The notes beneath the pieces are model-generated. The model made no database searches. It was not told the DNA's origin and saw nothing but the letters and a program-made list of their open reading frames with translations. Source: Candidatus Saccharimonadota bacterium (GTDB lineage: Bacteria; Patescibacteriota; Saccharimonadia; Saccharimonadales; JAXHMH01). Taken from it: a DNA stretch of 64,000 nt. Where the stretch lies: positions 64,485 through 128,484 of the forward strand of contig JAXHMH010000004.1 of the NCBI GenBank assembly GCA_034521515.1, written 5' to 3'. A program made the position numbers and the translations under genes. Numbering within the stretch: the first letter of the stretch is position 1; each line of letters begins with the position of its first letter. Positions 1 through 9,835 of this stretch are shown here, in pieces.

Positions 1-576
1 CCTCTCGTAGTTAATAAATCTACAGGTACAAAATTCGGAAAGTCCGAGGATGGAGCGATATGGCTTGACAATTCGTTAACCAGTGTCTATAAGTTTTACC
101 AATTTTGGCTTAATGTTGATGATATAAGCGTTGAAGATTTCTTAAAGATATATACCTTACTTTCAAAAGATGAAATTTTAGCAACTATGGAGCAGTTCCA
201 AAATGATCGTGGAAGTCGTGCCGCACAGAAGGTACTGGCTTTTGAAGTTACTAAACTTGTGCACGGTCAAAAACGAGCGCAGACGGTAAAAAGCGCCAGT
301 GATGCGTTGTTTGGGCAAGGCAGATTTCATGATTTAGACGAGCAAGCCATCAAGGTACTCAAGCAGGAACTACCAGTTGTTAAAGCCAGTGAGGATATAT
401 ACGACGTTCTAGTGTCAGCAAACTTAGCTCAGTCTAAATCTGAAGCTCGGACCTTTGTTCAATCAGGTGCTATATCGTTGAACGGAAATAAACTTACATC
501 AGACAGCGTGTCGTTTGAACCCGGTAATAATATATTAAAACGCGGCAAAAATGCCTGTGCAATCGTAGTGGCTTAG
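1..576 (+). CDS. tyrS: tyrosyl-tRNA synthetase, C-terminal part (5' end outside window)
   Basis: Frame 1 is open from nt 1: PLVVNKSTGTKFGKSEDGAIWLD (KFGKS = class I KMSKS loop), then an S4-like C-terminal domain; stop 574-576. Confidence 0.85.
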   Translation, partial: PLVVNKSTGTKFGKSEDGAIWLDNSLTSVYKFYQFWLNVDDISVEDFLKIYTLLSKDEILATMEQFQNDRGSRAAQKVLAFEVTKLVHGQKRAQTVKSASDALFGQGRFHDLDEQAIKVLKQELPVVKASEDIYDVLVSANLAQSKSEARTFVQSGAISLNGNKLTSDSVSFEPGNNILKRGKNACAIVVA

Positions 577-602
577 GCTACTTTACTGCTATACTCTTAT
601 TC

Positions 603-1388
603 ATGCCAAAAAAATCAACTCATAAGAAACAAACCAAAAAAACCGCCGACCAGTACGATAATGATAACTACAATTATCTAAAGTATTGGCAGGGTCGTGA
701 TTACGAGCACGCCTCAGAAGAGTTAGCTATTCGTAGACTTTTAAAAGGTATGCATTTTAATCACGCAGTAGATATTGGCGGAGGTTATGGCAGGTTATGT
801 GTTCTGCTTAAGGAATATGCCGACACCGTGACGCTGGCTGAGCCTTCCCAAACGCAACTGGATATTGCAAAGGAATACTTAAAAGATTATCCGGACGTTA
901 ATATTGTTAAAATGCAAGCTGATGATTTGCAGTTTGAACCTGGTAGCGTTGACTTGTTTACTATGATACGGGTTATGCACCACCTGCCAGATCCGTCGGT
1001 AGAGTTCAGCCAGATCGCAAAGGCTCTGCATGACAACGGTTGTTTGGTACTAGAGATGGCCAATTATGCGCATGGCCGAAATCGTCTGAAGCATCTTGCC
1101 AAAGCACAACGTTTACCAAAACAACCAGTCGATATCCGTTCAAAGAAGAATAAACGAGAAGAAGAAATACCGTTTGTAAATCACAACCCAAAGACTGTGA
1201 TAAGGCAATTAGCTCATGCTGGGCTGAAAGTAGACAGAGTTTTATCGGTGTCAAACTTGCGTTCATCGGGTGTAAAGAAGGTTGTTCCACAAAGTGTCAT
1301 GTTGCGTCTGGAAACACTGTTACAACCGGCTTTAGCGCGAAGTTATTTTGGCCCAAGCGTGTTTTTCCTGATCCGTAAAGCTAAATAA
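603..1388 (+). CDS. class I SAM-dependent methyltransferase
   Basis: 261-aa ORF with motif I VDIGGGYGR and a type-11 methyltransferase layout; substrate unknown. Confidence 0.7.
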   Translation: MPKKSTHKKQTKKTADQYDNDNYNYLKYWQGRDYEHASEELAIRRLLKGMHFNHAVDIGGGYGRLCVLLKEYADTVTLAEPSQTQLDIAKEYLKDYPDVNIVKMQADDLQFEPGSVDLFTMIRVMHHLPDPSVEFSQIAKALHDNGCLVLEMANYAHGRNRLKHLAKAQRLPKQPVDIRSKKNKREEEIPFVNHNPKTVIRQLAHAGLKVDRVLSVSNLRSSGVKKVVPQSVMLRLETLLQPALARSYFGPSVFFLIRKAK

Positions 1389-1421
1389 CACTTAGCACGG
1401 ACAATCATATATACTTTAGGT

Positions 1422-3458
1422 ATGACATTAGATAGCTCAGTTAGTGAACTGAGAGGCGTTGGTGAAGAAGTCTCCCGCAAGCTCGAAATATTAGGTGTAC
1501 GAACAGTCGCCGATTTATTGGATTATGTACCTCGCCGGTACGATGATTATTCACAGATTGACGAAATTAATAAATTGAAACCTGGAATGGTCACAGTACA
1601 GGCAAAAATTACGCAAGCAACTGGTCGCTACGTAAGACGCGGTATGCATGTAACTGAAGCCATCGCCTCTGATGACAGCGGCAGCGTCAGACTGGTTTGG
1701 TTTAATCAACCATATCGGACAAATGCGATTAAAGCCGGGAAAGATTATTACATAACAGGTGAGTTCGGTATGCGTCGGACAAAGCTGTCGATATTAAACC
1801 CTTCGGCCGAACTAGTGAGCGATTTTCCTGTTAACACAGCTCGTATCGTACCGGTGTATCGCGAAACCAAAGGTTTGAAATCGGCTCAGATTAGAAAATT
1901 GTTGCGTGAAGCGATTCCACTTGTTCGCAACCTGCCTGAAACACTACCTGAATGGGTAATTGAACAGTACAATTTAATGCCGCGTTCTGCAGCATTTGAA
2001 ATGATGCATTTTCCAGCCGATGCAAAATTGCTCGCTCACGCCAAACGGCGTCTGGCGTATGAAGAGGTGTTTAGTCTCAGTTTGGCGAGTTTGCTCAATA
2101 AATATGAACTTTTGCAAAAAAAAGCTGTGGCGATTTCTTTCCAAGAAAAATTAGCCCGTGATTTTACTGACAGCTTGTCGTTTAATTTAACCGACCAGCA
2201 GCGCAAAGCGGCCTGGCAAATTTATCAAGATCTGGCAAAAACAACTCCAATGAACCGGTTACTGGAAGGCGACGTTGGTTCTGGTAAAACAGTCGTAGCC
2301 ACCATGGCTGCAATTATGGCGGTTGAGCAAGGGTTCCAGGTAGCGTTTATGGCCCCGACTGAACTATTAGCTCGTCAGCACTACCAGACAATCCAAACTC
2401 TTCTAAAGCCGCTAAAGCTTACCAAGAAAGTTGGTCTTTTGGTTGGCGGTCTGAAAAAATCGGCAAAACAGTCCATGCAAAAACGTATTAAAGCTGGTGA
2501 CGTTCAGATTATTGTCGGTACTCACGCTCTAGTCCAAGAAAAGGTTACGATGCAGAATCTAGGTCTGGTTATTGTCGATGAGCAACATCGTTTTGGAGTC
2601 GAACAACGTAAATCATTACAAGCCAAGGCTGAGTTCATGCCGCACGTTCTGGCTATGACAGCCACGCCAATACCGCGTAGCCTTGCATTAACACTTTATG
2701 GTGAGTTGGACATATCGCTTATAAATACTAAACCGCAAGATAGAAAACCAATAAAAACCAGTATTTGTTCGCCAAATTCACGGGCAGCGCTGTATAAAAC
2801 AATTGATAAAGAGCTGGAAGCGGGACGTCAGATGTTTGTCGTATGTCCGTTAATAAGTGAATCTGATAGCTTTCCGGCGCAGTCTGCTGAGCAAGTATAT
2901 GAAAAGTTGAGCAGTAGAGATTTTAAACATCGCCGGGTAGGTCTGTTGCACGGGAAAATGAAAGCAGCTGATAAAGAGTCTGTGATGGATGAGTTCGTGC
3001 GCGGCAAGTTAGACATCTTAGTCTCGACTACGGTGATTGAGGTCGGTGTCGATATACCTAACGCGACGGTAATGTTGATAGAAAATGCTGACAGGTTTGG
3101 CTTAGCGCAGATCCACCAATTACGCGGACGAGTTGGCCGTAGTAGCCACCAAGGGTTTTGTTACCTCATGTTAAGCGATAGCACTCAGCCGAGCCGTCGA
3201 TTGCGAGCACTGGAAAGCTCTACTGATGGATTTGCTTTGGCGGAACTTGATCTTGAGATTCGCGGACCGGGTGCTATTTATGGCACCTTGCAACATGGTG
3301 CGCTTGATCTGCGCGTGGCAAAACTTACCGATGTCAAGCTGATTGCCGCAGCTCGTTCGGGAGCGCAGGCATTTATTGATCACCAAGAAAACCTGCTACA
3401 CTACCATGAGTTGCATGAGCGTATTAAAAAATTACGCGCCGTTACTAATCTTAATTAG
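1422..3458 (+). CDS. recG: ATP-dependent DNA helicase RecG
   Basis: 678 aa; Walker A GDVGSGKT, VIVDEQHRFG box, QLRGRVGR motif VI, N-terminal wedge region. Confidence 0.9.
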   Translation: MTLDSSVSELRGVGEEVSRKLEILGVRTVADLLDYVPRRYDDYSQIDEINKLKPGMVTVQAKITQATGRYVRRGMHVTEAIASDDSGSVRLVWFNQPYRTNAIKAGKDYYITGEFGMRRTKLSILNPSAELVSDFPVNTARIVPVYRETKGLKSAQIRKLLREAIPLVRNLPETLPEWVIEQYNLMPRSAAFEMMHFPADAKLLAHAKRRLAYEEVFSLSLASLLNKYELLQKKAVAISFQEKLARDFTDSLSFNLTDQQRKAAWQIYQDLAKTTPMNRLLEGDVGSGKTVVATMAAIMAVEQGFQVAFMAPTELLARQHYQTIQTLLKPLKLTKKVGLLVGGLKKSAKQSMQKRIKAGDVQIIVGTHALVQEKVTMQNLGLVIVDEQHRFGVEQRKSLQAKAEFMPHVLAMTATPIPRSLALTLYGELDISLINTKPQDRKPIKTSICSPNSRAALYKTIDKELEAGRQMFVVCPLISESDSFPAQSAEQVYEKLSSRDFKHRRVGLLHGKMKAADKESVMDEFVRGKLDILVSTTVIEVGVDIPNATVMLIENADRFGLAQIHQLRGRVGRSSHQGFCYLMLSDSTQPSRRLRALESSTDGFALAELDLEIRGPGAIYGTLQHGALDLRVAKLTDVKLIAAARSGAQAFIDHQENLLHYHELHERIKKLRAVTNLN

Positions 3459-3600
3459 AACGAAAAGCCTAAAAAGCAAGACTCACTACAACCATCATGT
3501 TAGATAAAAATATATATCAGCAAGCGTGTTTTATGCGCAGTTTTCAGTACCGGGCAAAAAACTCGCTGCCAGAAGCGATTAATGCGCAGGGTAGAAAATA

Positions 3601-4419
3601 ATGTACTCCGGAACAACCATAACCAAGTATTCAGGACGTGTCCTTGGTGCTCACCAAAAAATAGATAAAGTGGCTCGCAGGCATCTCAGTCGCTTATTAC
3701 CCGATAATCAGGTGTTTCCAACAGCAAGGCGAATATTACACTTTGAGGGTAAAAATGGTCCCGATGCCATCAAGCGCAAGAGTCCGGCTAAAGATGAGCC
3801 GTGGCATTACTATAGTCCGTTTGACGATGAGGATTCACAGCTAATTGAGCTTATCGAGGAACATTATCATCAATTAGTACGGGAAATTAAGCGAGAAAAC
3901 CAAGAGCGTATTGCTTTTGAGGCAGCCTGGTTGGCGCACGCGCTTGTTGATGGATTAACGCCAGCGCATCATTATCCGTACGAACAAAAATTGGTTGAGC
4001 TGCGGGGCGGAGAGGGAATAGAAACACGAACAAGCGTCAAGGAAAAAATTTTTATGCCTGGCGTCACCCGGCGTGAACGGGTCAAGAACAATTGGAAAAT
4101 GTGGGGACCGAAAGGTTTGTTGACCACGCATGGTTTATTTGAGATAGGCATTGCCACGATTATTGCACCGCTTAGTTTCGGTGAAGCTATTCCCCGCAAA
4201 GAGGATGTTGCCCGCATGCTAGAGATCGGGCCTATAGAATGGTTTCAGCGTTCAGCTCGTGAAATTGCCATTCTCGATATGTACGAACAGTACTACAAAA
4301 AGGGATGGACGCCGAAGTTGGCATGGCAAGTTCGACATAGACTTGGCCCGACTATTATCCAAACCGTTACATTAACTTGGTACGCTGCTTTAGTAGAGGC
4401 AGAAGCTATAAAAACATGA
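3601..4419 (+). CDS. hypothetical protein (His-rich, possible metal-dependent hydrolase fold)
   Basis: 272-aa ORF; its stop overlaps the next start (ATGA 4416-4419); family not recognised. Confidence 0.5.
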   Translation: MYSGTTITKYSGRVLGAHQKIDKVARRHLSRLLPDNQVFPTARRILHFEGKNGPDAIKRKSPAKDEPWHYYSPFDDEDSQLIELIEEHYHQLVREIKRENQERIAFEAAWLAHALVDGLTPAHHYPYEQKLVELRGGEGIETRTSVKEKIFMPGVTRRERVKNNWKMWGPKGLLTTHGLFEIGIATIIAPLSFGEAIPRKEDVARMLEIGPIEWFQRSAREIAILDMYEQYYKKGWTPKLAWQVRHRLGPTIIQTVTLTWYAALVEAEAIKT

Positions 4420-4946
4420 GAATCACGGCTGGTCAGCTAAAAGGAAGATTGTTTGATGATCCGCCAAGTGCACGGGCACATCCAATGTCCGACAGGATTA
4501 AAAACGCGCTGTTTAACAGCTTGGGTGATATAAAGGGGTTGCACTTTTTAGATGGTTTTGGAGGTACTGGGGCTTTGTCATTTGAGGCCATAAGTCGCGG
4601 AGCATCACATGTAACAGTATGCGAGCTTGATAACGGCGTTGCCAAAAGTCTTCAGGGCAATATTGCAAAGCTTGGGCTTGAGTCACGCATTCAATTGATT
4701 GAAAAAAGTGTCTACAGCTACATCAACCAGCAGCCAAAGCCGTTTGATGTTATCATCGCTGACCCACCCTATATGGAGTTTTCTAAACAGAAATTTGAGC
4801 GTTTAACTAAAGTATTAAAACCAGATGGATTGCTTGTCTTATCGTACCCTAGCGCCGCCGATATACCATGGATTGCTGGGCTTGAGCTAGTCAAACAAAC
4901 TCAATATGGCAACGCAGCCCTGGCATTTTATCGACATGTTTCGTAG
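4416..4946 (+). CDS. rsmD: 16S rRNA (guanine966-N2)-methyltransferase, RsmD family
   Basis: MRITAGQLKGR N-terminus, FLDGFGGTGALSFEA SAM site, ADPPY motif; ORF-track start 4377 trimmed to ATG 4416. Confidence 0.8.
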   Translation: MRITAGQLKGRLFDDPPSARAHPMSDRIKNALFNSLGDIKGLHFLDGFGGTGALSFEAISRGASHVTVCELDNGVAKSLQGNIAKLGLESRIQLIEKSVYSYINQQPKPFDVIIADPPYMEFSKQKFERLTKVLKPDGLLVLSYPSAADIPWIAGLELVKQTQYGNAALAFYRHVS

Positions 4947-5030
4947 AATATGTTGAGTTTCTTGCGCGAGTGGTGGCTCAAGTGAAACGTGAGTTCATCG
5001 TAGACACTTGTCCCGTAGTGAGCTCTGGAT

Positions 5031-5115
5031 GCGGCGGTGGCGGAATTGGTAGACGCGCTAGTCTTAGGAACTAGTATCGCAAGATGTGGAGGTTCAAGTC
5101 CTCTCCGCCGCACCA
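5031..5115 (+). tRNA. tRNA-Leu (anticodon TAG), class II, CCA encoded
   Basis: Acceptor GCGGCGG/CCGCCGC+A+CCA, D arm GCG-GAATTGGTAGA-CGC, anticodon stem CTAGT/ACTAG with loop CTTAGGA, long variable arm, T arm GGAGG-TTCAAGT-CCTCT. Confidence 0.92.
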
Positions 5116-5412
5116 AGAATTCAACTACGGGACGCTAGTCCTCGAAACAAGCGCCTTGCGCTGCTACGGGGTAAACTTAGGAACTAGTGCCTCACGTGGC
5201 GTGGAGGTTCACCATATCATCCGATATGGTGCCCTGTCGGATGACAGGGCAAGTCCTCTCCGCCGCACCAAGAATTCAACTACGGGACGCTAGTCCTCGA
5301 AACAAGCGCCTTGCGCTGCTACTGGGTAAACTTAGGAACTAGTGCCTCACGTGGCGTGGAGGTTCACCATATCATCCGATATGGTGCCCTGTCGGATGAC
5401 AGGGCAAGTCCT
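5116..5412 (+). repeat. two tandem 155-bp units, each ending in a tRNA-Leu 3'-half pseudo-copy
   Basis: AGAATTCAAC restarts at 5116 and 5271. The units differ at one base (5168 g vs 5323 t). Each contains CTTAGGAACTAGT...GTGGAGGTTCA + 40-nt insert + AGTCCT. Confidence 0.9.
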
Positions 5413-5433
5413 ATCATCCCCTAACCAAACACC

Positions 5434-5462
5434 AAAAGACCGGTAATCCCGGTTCTTTTTGT
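5434..5462 (+). terminator. putative intrinsic terminator after the tRNA-Leu repeat block
   Basis: AGACCGG-TAATC-CCGGTTCT hairpin (one bulge) followed by TTTTTGTTT. Confidence 0.5.
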
Positions 5463-5499
5463 TTATGTGGAGTATTATTAGGTATAATTATCTTTAACT

Positions 5500-6807
5500 A
5501 TGGCATTATCAACTCAACCATACAAAGGCGCGCGTGATTTTTATCCAGAGGATAAGCGCGTACAAGACTACATGTTTAGCGTTATGCGCGACGCAGTAGA
5601 GCAGTTTGGCTATGAATCATACGATGCACCAATACTCGAGCCTCTAGAACTCTACGCCGCGAAAACCGGGCAAGAGATTGTCGATGAGCAGACTTACACT
5701 TTTACAGATAGGGGTGATCGGCAAGTTGCCATAAGGCCCGAAATGACACCTACGGTAAGCCGAATGGTCGCAGGACGCCGCCAGGAGTTGGCTTATCCAC
5801 TACGTTGGTACTCTATTCCTAATCTGTGGCGCTACGAGCGACCACAACGGGGCAGATTACGCGAGCACTGGCAGCTTAATGTTGATTTGTTTGGATTGCC
5901 TGGCCTAGAAGCTGAACATGAGATTATCTTACTGGCCGACCAGATCATGAAACGATTCGGTGCCAAAAGAAACACCTACGTTATCCGCCTTAACAGCCGT
6001 GAGTTAATGGATGCTGTGCTCGGGGAATATATAGGTTTGGATGAGACACAAAGCCACACCATGCGCAAGCTGATAGACCGCATGCACAAACTTGACGATA
6101 CGGCCGTAGAATCCCAGATGGATGCAATTTTCAGCCCCACTCAAAGAGATGGTGATGCCTACTCTAAACTCAAGGCCTTTTTAGAGATTGAAGATTTACA
6201 AGAGATTCCGGTTGAGCTACAGAAGCACGAGTCAATTGTTAAGCTTCAGAAGCTTATGGAAATGCTCAGAGACTCGTTTGTTTCAAATGTGCGGTTTGAC
6301 CCAACGCTGATGAGAGGGTTTGATTACTATACAGACGTAGTGTTTGAGATTTTTGATACGCATCCAGATAATAATCGATCAATGTTTGGTGGCGGACGAT
6401 ATGATGGTCTGGTTGGTCTGTTTGGTGTTGATCCAGTGCCAACTATCGGTTTTGGAGTTGGAGATGTAACTTTAAAGAATTTCTTAGAAACACACCAGTT
6501 GCTGCCAGAACTGCAATCGCCAGTCGATGTTTACGCGGTACTTATAGGTGACGTATACACACCAGCACAGCGAGCAATCACGGAGCTGCGTGAAATGGGC
6601 ATTAATGTTGCCGTAGATAGTTCTGGCCGAAAGGCTGACAAACAAATAAAAGCCGCCGTAAAACAAGGCATTCGTCACGCGGTTTTTATTGGTGAAAAAG
6701 AGCTCGATAATCAGCAATTTACGCTAAAAGATCTTAAAACCGGACAAGAAGAAGCCCATAGTCTTCAAAAAATTGTCAGCATAGTTAAAGACTATCGCAG
6801 CAGGTAG
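5500..6807 (+). CDS. hisS: histidyl-tRNA synthetase
   Basis: 435 aa; class II motifs RPEMTPTVSRM, FDYYTDVVFE, GGGRYD; anticodon-binding C-terminal domain. Confidence 0.92.
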   Translation: MALSTQPYKGARDFYPEDKRVQDYMFSVMRDAVEQFGYESYDAPILEPLELYAAKTGQEIVDEQTYTFTDRGDRQVAIRPEMTPTVSRMVAGRRQELAYPLRWYSIPNLWRYERPQRGRLREHWQLNVDLFGLPGLEAEHEIILLADQIMKRFGAKRNTYVIRLNSRELMDAVLGEYIGLDETQSHTMRKLIDRMHKLDDTAVESQMDAIFSPTQRDGDAYSKLKAFLEIEDLQEIPVELQKHESIVKLQKLMEMLRDSFVSNVRFDPTLMRGFDYYTDVVFEIFDTHPDNNRSMFGGGRYDGLVGLFGVDPVPTIGFGVGDVTLKNFLETHQLLPELQSPVDVYAVLIGDVYTPAQRAITELREMGINVAVDSSGRKADKQIKAAVKQGIRHAVFIGEKELDNQQFTLKDLKTGQEEAHSLQKIVSIVKDYRSR

Positions 6808-6812
6808 ATAAA

Positions 6813-7256
6813 GTGACAGCGACTAATCACGTTTTAACCGGTGCAGTTTTAGCTGCGGCCTACCCAAACCCACTAGTAGTGTTACCCGCGGCGTTAGTTT
6901 CGCACGTAATCCTGGATGCTCTGCCGCACTATGGTCACGAAGATCACACTGACAGGAAATTTTTGTATGTACTTGCAGTAGACTTTGCAATTGCTAGCTC
7001 CTTCTTGTTGAGTGTTTCATTCTTACGTCCGGAACATTGGTTACTGATAATTGCAGCAAGCGTAGTTGCAGCTAGCCCGGATGCTCTTTGGCTGCCTCAT
7101 TGGCTACGTGAAATAACCGGCAAGCCGGGCAAAGCTAAGTCCAAACTAGAGACGTTTTTGGCGCGTATTCAATGGGCCGAAAAGCCATGGGGATGGATTT
7201 TTGAAATTCCTTGGGCAATCGCTGCCTTTGTTTTGTTTGTTAATCTAAGTCATTAG
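6813..7256 (+). CDS. hypothetical membrane protein (DUF457/YdjM-like?)
   Basis: 147-aa ORF with GTG start, several hydrophobic helices, His-rich HVILDALPHYGHEDH. Confidence 0.5.
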   Translation: MTATNHVLTGAVLAAAYPNPLVVLPAALVSHVILDALPHYGHEDHTDRKFLYVLAVDFAIASSFLLSVSFLRPEHWLLIIAASVVAASPDALWLPHWLREITGKPGKAKSKLETFLARIQWAEKPWGWIFEIPWAIAAFVLFVNLSH

Positions 7257-7287
7257 TTGGCAAGCTGGGACTCATCTGTTACACTCC

Positions 7288-8574
7288 GTGTCTATGCATG
7301 TAAAAACTACTCATCAATCAGATACCGAGGTAACCCTCACTATTGTCGCTTCAGAAAAAGATCTAAAAGCTATTAAAGATCACACATTGACACACTTTCA
7401 AGCAAAAGCTAAAGTCGCTGGCTTTAGGGAAGGTAAAGCACCGTTGGAAGTAGTGGAAAAACATGTAGATCAAGAGCAATTACAAAACCAGTTTCTTGAA
7501 GAAGCGGTCAACCAGATGTATCCCCAAGCTGTGCGGAACGAAGACATTCGACCAGTGGTACAACCTGAGATAAAAATTATAAAGTTTGTACCGTTTAGTG
7601 AACTGGAATTTGAAGCCAAAGTACCGGTAGTGGGTGAAATCAAACTTGCCGATTATACTAAGATACGAAAGCCCAAACCATCAGTTACCATTTCAGAAAC
7701 TGATATTAATGAAGTCATTAAATCTCTACAGACTCGTTTAGCTGAAAAGAAGGATGTTGATCGTGCCGCTAAAACAGGTGATCAAGTCTGGATTGATTTT
7801 AAGGGCACCAACCAAAAAGGTGAGCCGATTAACGGCGCAGAAGGCAAGGATTATCCGTTGGTTCTGGGTAGCAAAACATTTATCCCAGGTTTTGAAGATA
7901 ATATTACCGGTATGAAGGCTGGCGAAACCAAGAAGTTTGACGTGACCTTTCCGGCTGATTACGGCGTAAAAGCTTTGGCTAAGCAGAAAGTAACGTTCGA
8001 AGTAACCGTTACGAAAGTTCAAGAAATGACTGAACCAAAGGTAGACGATGCCTTTGCCGCTCAGGCCGGACCGTTTAAAACGCTAAAAGAACTAAAAGAC
8101 GATATTAAGAAGCAGCTCAAATTAGAGCGTGAACAACAAGCTGGAAACCAATATGAGTCAGAGTTGGTTCGTGAGCTGACCACTAAAAGTAAAGTAGTGA
8201 TGCCTCAGGTGCTCATTGATGAGCAGGTTGAGCGGATGATATCGGAATTAAAGCAAAATCTTACATACCGTGGACAAACCTTCCAAGAATATTTGAAGGC
8301 AGAGGGTAAAACAGAAGAAGAGTATCGCAAAGAACTCGCCCCGCAAGCCGAAGAGCGCGTTAAAGCTAGTTTGGTTTTGGCTGAAGTTGCCGAACAAGAG
8401 AAGCTTGACGTGACACCGGAAGAGCTAGAGATTCGTATGCAAACACTTAAGTCGCAATACCAGGACGAAGCTATGCGAGCTGAACTTGAAAAACCGCAAG
8501 CCCGGCGCGATATCGCTATGCGCATGTTGAGCGAAAAGACTGTAGCCTTACTGGCATCACATGCCACCAAATAA
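7288..8574 (+). CDS. tig: trigger factor
   Basis: 428 aa; ribosome-binding signature GFREGKAP, FKBP-like middle domain, helical C-terminus; start GTG 7288 or ATG 7294. Confidence 0.88.
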   Translation: MSMHVKTTHQSDTEVTLTIVASEKDLKAIKDHTLTHFQAKAKVAGFREGKAPLEVVEKHVDQEQLQNQFLEEAVNQMYPQAVRNEDIRPVVQPEIKIIKFVPFSELEFEAKVPVVGEIKLADYTKIRKPKPSVTISETDINEVIKSLQTRLAEKKDVDRAAKTGDQVWIDFKGTNQKGEPINGAEGKDYPLVLGSKTFIPGFEDNITGMKAGETKKFDVTFPADYGVKALAKQKVTFEVTVTKVQEMTEPKVDDAFAAQAGPFKTLKELKDDIKKQLKLEREQQAGNQYESELVRELTTKSKVVMPQVLIDEQVERMISELKQNLTYRGQTFQEYLKAEGKTEEEYRKELAPQAEERVKASLVLAEVAEQEKLDVTPEELEIRMQTLKSQYQDEAMRAELEKPQARRDIAMRMLSEKTVALLASHATK

Positions 8575-8587
8575 CCGCATAGCTTAG

Positions 8588-8732
8588 CACTACGTACTAC
8601 GTACTACGTACTATGTACTAAGTACTAACCACCAGGCATTATCTAGGTACTAGGTACTAGGTACTATGTACTAAGTACTACGCACTAGGTACTGTGTACT
8701 AAGTACTATTATGTACTGTGTACTAAGTACTT
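8588..8732. repeat. heptanucleotide array, about 18 x TACT(A/G)NG in two blocks (8588-8629, 8641-8732)
   Basis: Read directly: cactacg tactacg tactacg tactatg tactaag tactaac ... tactagg tactagg tactatg tactaag tactacg cactagg tactgtg tactaag. Confidence 0.95.
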
Positions 8733-8745
8733 AAAGCTGGCACTC

Positions 8746-8775
8746 TTGACTTGAGACTGCTAGTTCGGCTATGAT
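8746..8775 (+). promoter_or_regulatory. putative sigma70-type promoter of clpP
   Basis: TTGACT (8746-51), 18-nt spacer, TATGAT (8770-75); ATG 8783 lies 8 nt after the -10 box. Confidence 0.4.
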
Positions 8776-8782
8776 GAATGTC

Positions 8783-9382
8783 ATGAGCACACTTATCCCA
8801 ACAGTTATCGAAAACGAAGGTCGCGTTGAACGAGCCTACGACATCTACTCCCGCTTATTAAAAGACCGGATCATATTTTTAGGCGATGACGTTAACGAAC
8901 ACACCGCTAACCTAATTGTTGCTCAGTTTTTGTTTTTAGATAACGCTGACCCCAAAAAAGATATCTATTTGTATATCAACAGTCCAGGCGGCAGCGTCTA
9001 TGATGCTTTGGCAATTTATGACACCATGAACTTCGTTAAGGCTGATGTACAAACAGTTGGAATTGGCGTGCAAGCCAGTGCCGCGGCGTTTTTACTAAGC
9101 TCCGGCACCAAAGGCAAGCGGATGTTACTGCCTCACGCTACTATTATGATGCATCAACCTTCCAGTGGTACGCGTGGTAAAGTTAGCGATCAAGAGATAG
9201 ACCTACGTGAGTCACTGCGGGTTAAAAAGCTACTTGAGGAAATTATGGCTAAAAATACCGGCCAAAACGTCAAGAAAATACACGAAGACTTAGAGCGTGA
9301 TAAGTGGATGACCGCCCAAGAAGCCAAAAAGTACGGCGTTGTAGACACTGTAGTCGCCACGCAGCCAACAGGTAGTAAGTAG
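8783..9382 (+). CDS. clpP: ATP-dependent Clp protease proteolytic subunit
   Basis: [34 protein letters not shown] matches the usual ClpP N-terminus; the ORF is open from 8771 (alternative starts 8771/8774); no SD before any start. Confidence 0.88.
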   Translation: MSTLIPTVIENEGRVERAYDIYSRLLKDRIIFLGDDVNEHTANLIVAQFLFLDNADPKKDIYLYINSPGGSVYDALAIYDTMNFVKADVQTVGIGVQASAAAFLLSSGTKGKRMLLPHATIMMHQPSSGTRGKVSDQEIDLRESLRVKKLLEEIMAKNTGQNVKKIHEDLERDKWMTAQEAKKYGVVDTVVATQPTGSK

Positions 9383-9648
9383 ATTGCAGCTATTGCCAAA
9401 CTTGCAAAAACATGTTAGTATGATATTCTGGGGGATGTATAGTCTTAAACTCTAAACCTATATTTTTGTCGGATTTTTATGTCCTGCCTTCGGTCTTTAG
9501 CAGCGTATGAGGTATTTTATTGGAATTATCTGATTCACCATTACGTTAGTAGTCATCTGTACATGTAGCTAGTAGCGATTTGCATAGCTTAATTTTCAAT
9601 AGATATAATCTTTAGATCTAAAAGCACTGCATAGAATTTACATATTTC

Positions 9649-9677
9649 TTGACAATAACTTAGTCGTTGTTCACAAT
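9649..9677 (+). promoter_or_regulatory. possible promoter in the long rpoB upstream region
   Basis: TTGACA (9649-54), 17 nt, CACAAT (9672-77); 450 bp of non-coding sequence precedes rpoB. Confidence 0.3.
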
Positions 9678-9835
9678 GTAGTCTAAGAAGTAGTGTACTT
9701 AGGGCAGTGCCGGCTATTGTCGACAAAATGCACCAAAAAATACCCTAGTAGGATCTTCGCGCGAAAAATTACAACAACCAAACAAACAACTGCAAAAACA
9801 GCTGTTACTTTATTAATGTTAAGTGGGAGAGCCGA

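Noticed and set aside
4928-5293. ORFs 4928..5116 (-) and 5084..5293 (+)
   Set aside because: They overlap the tRNA-Leu gene and its tandem pseudo-copies, so they are not credible coding sequence.
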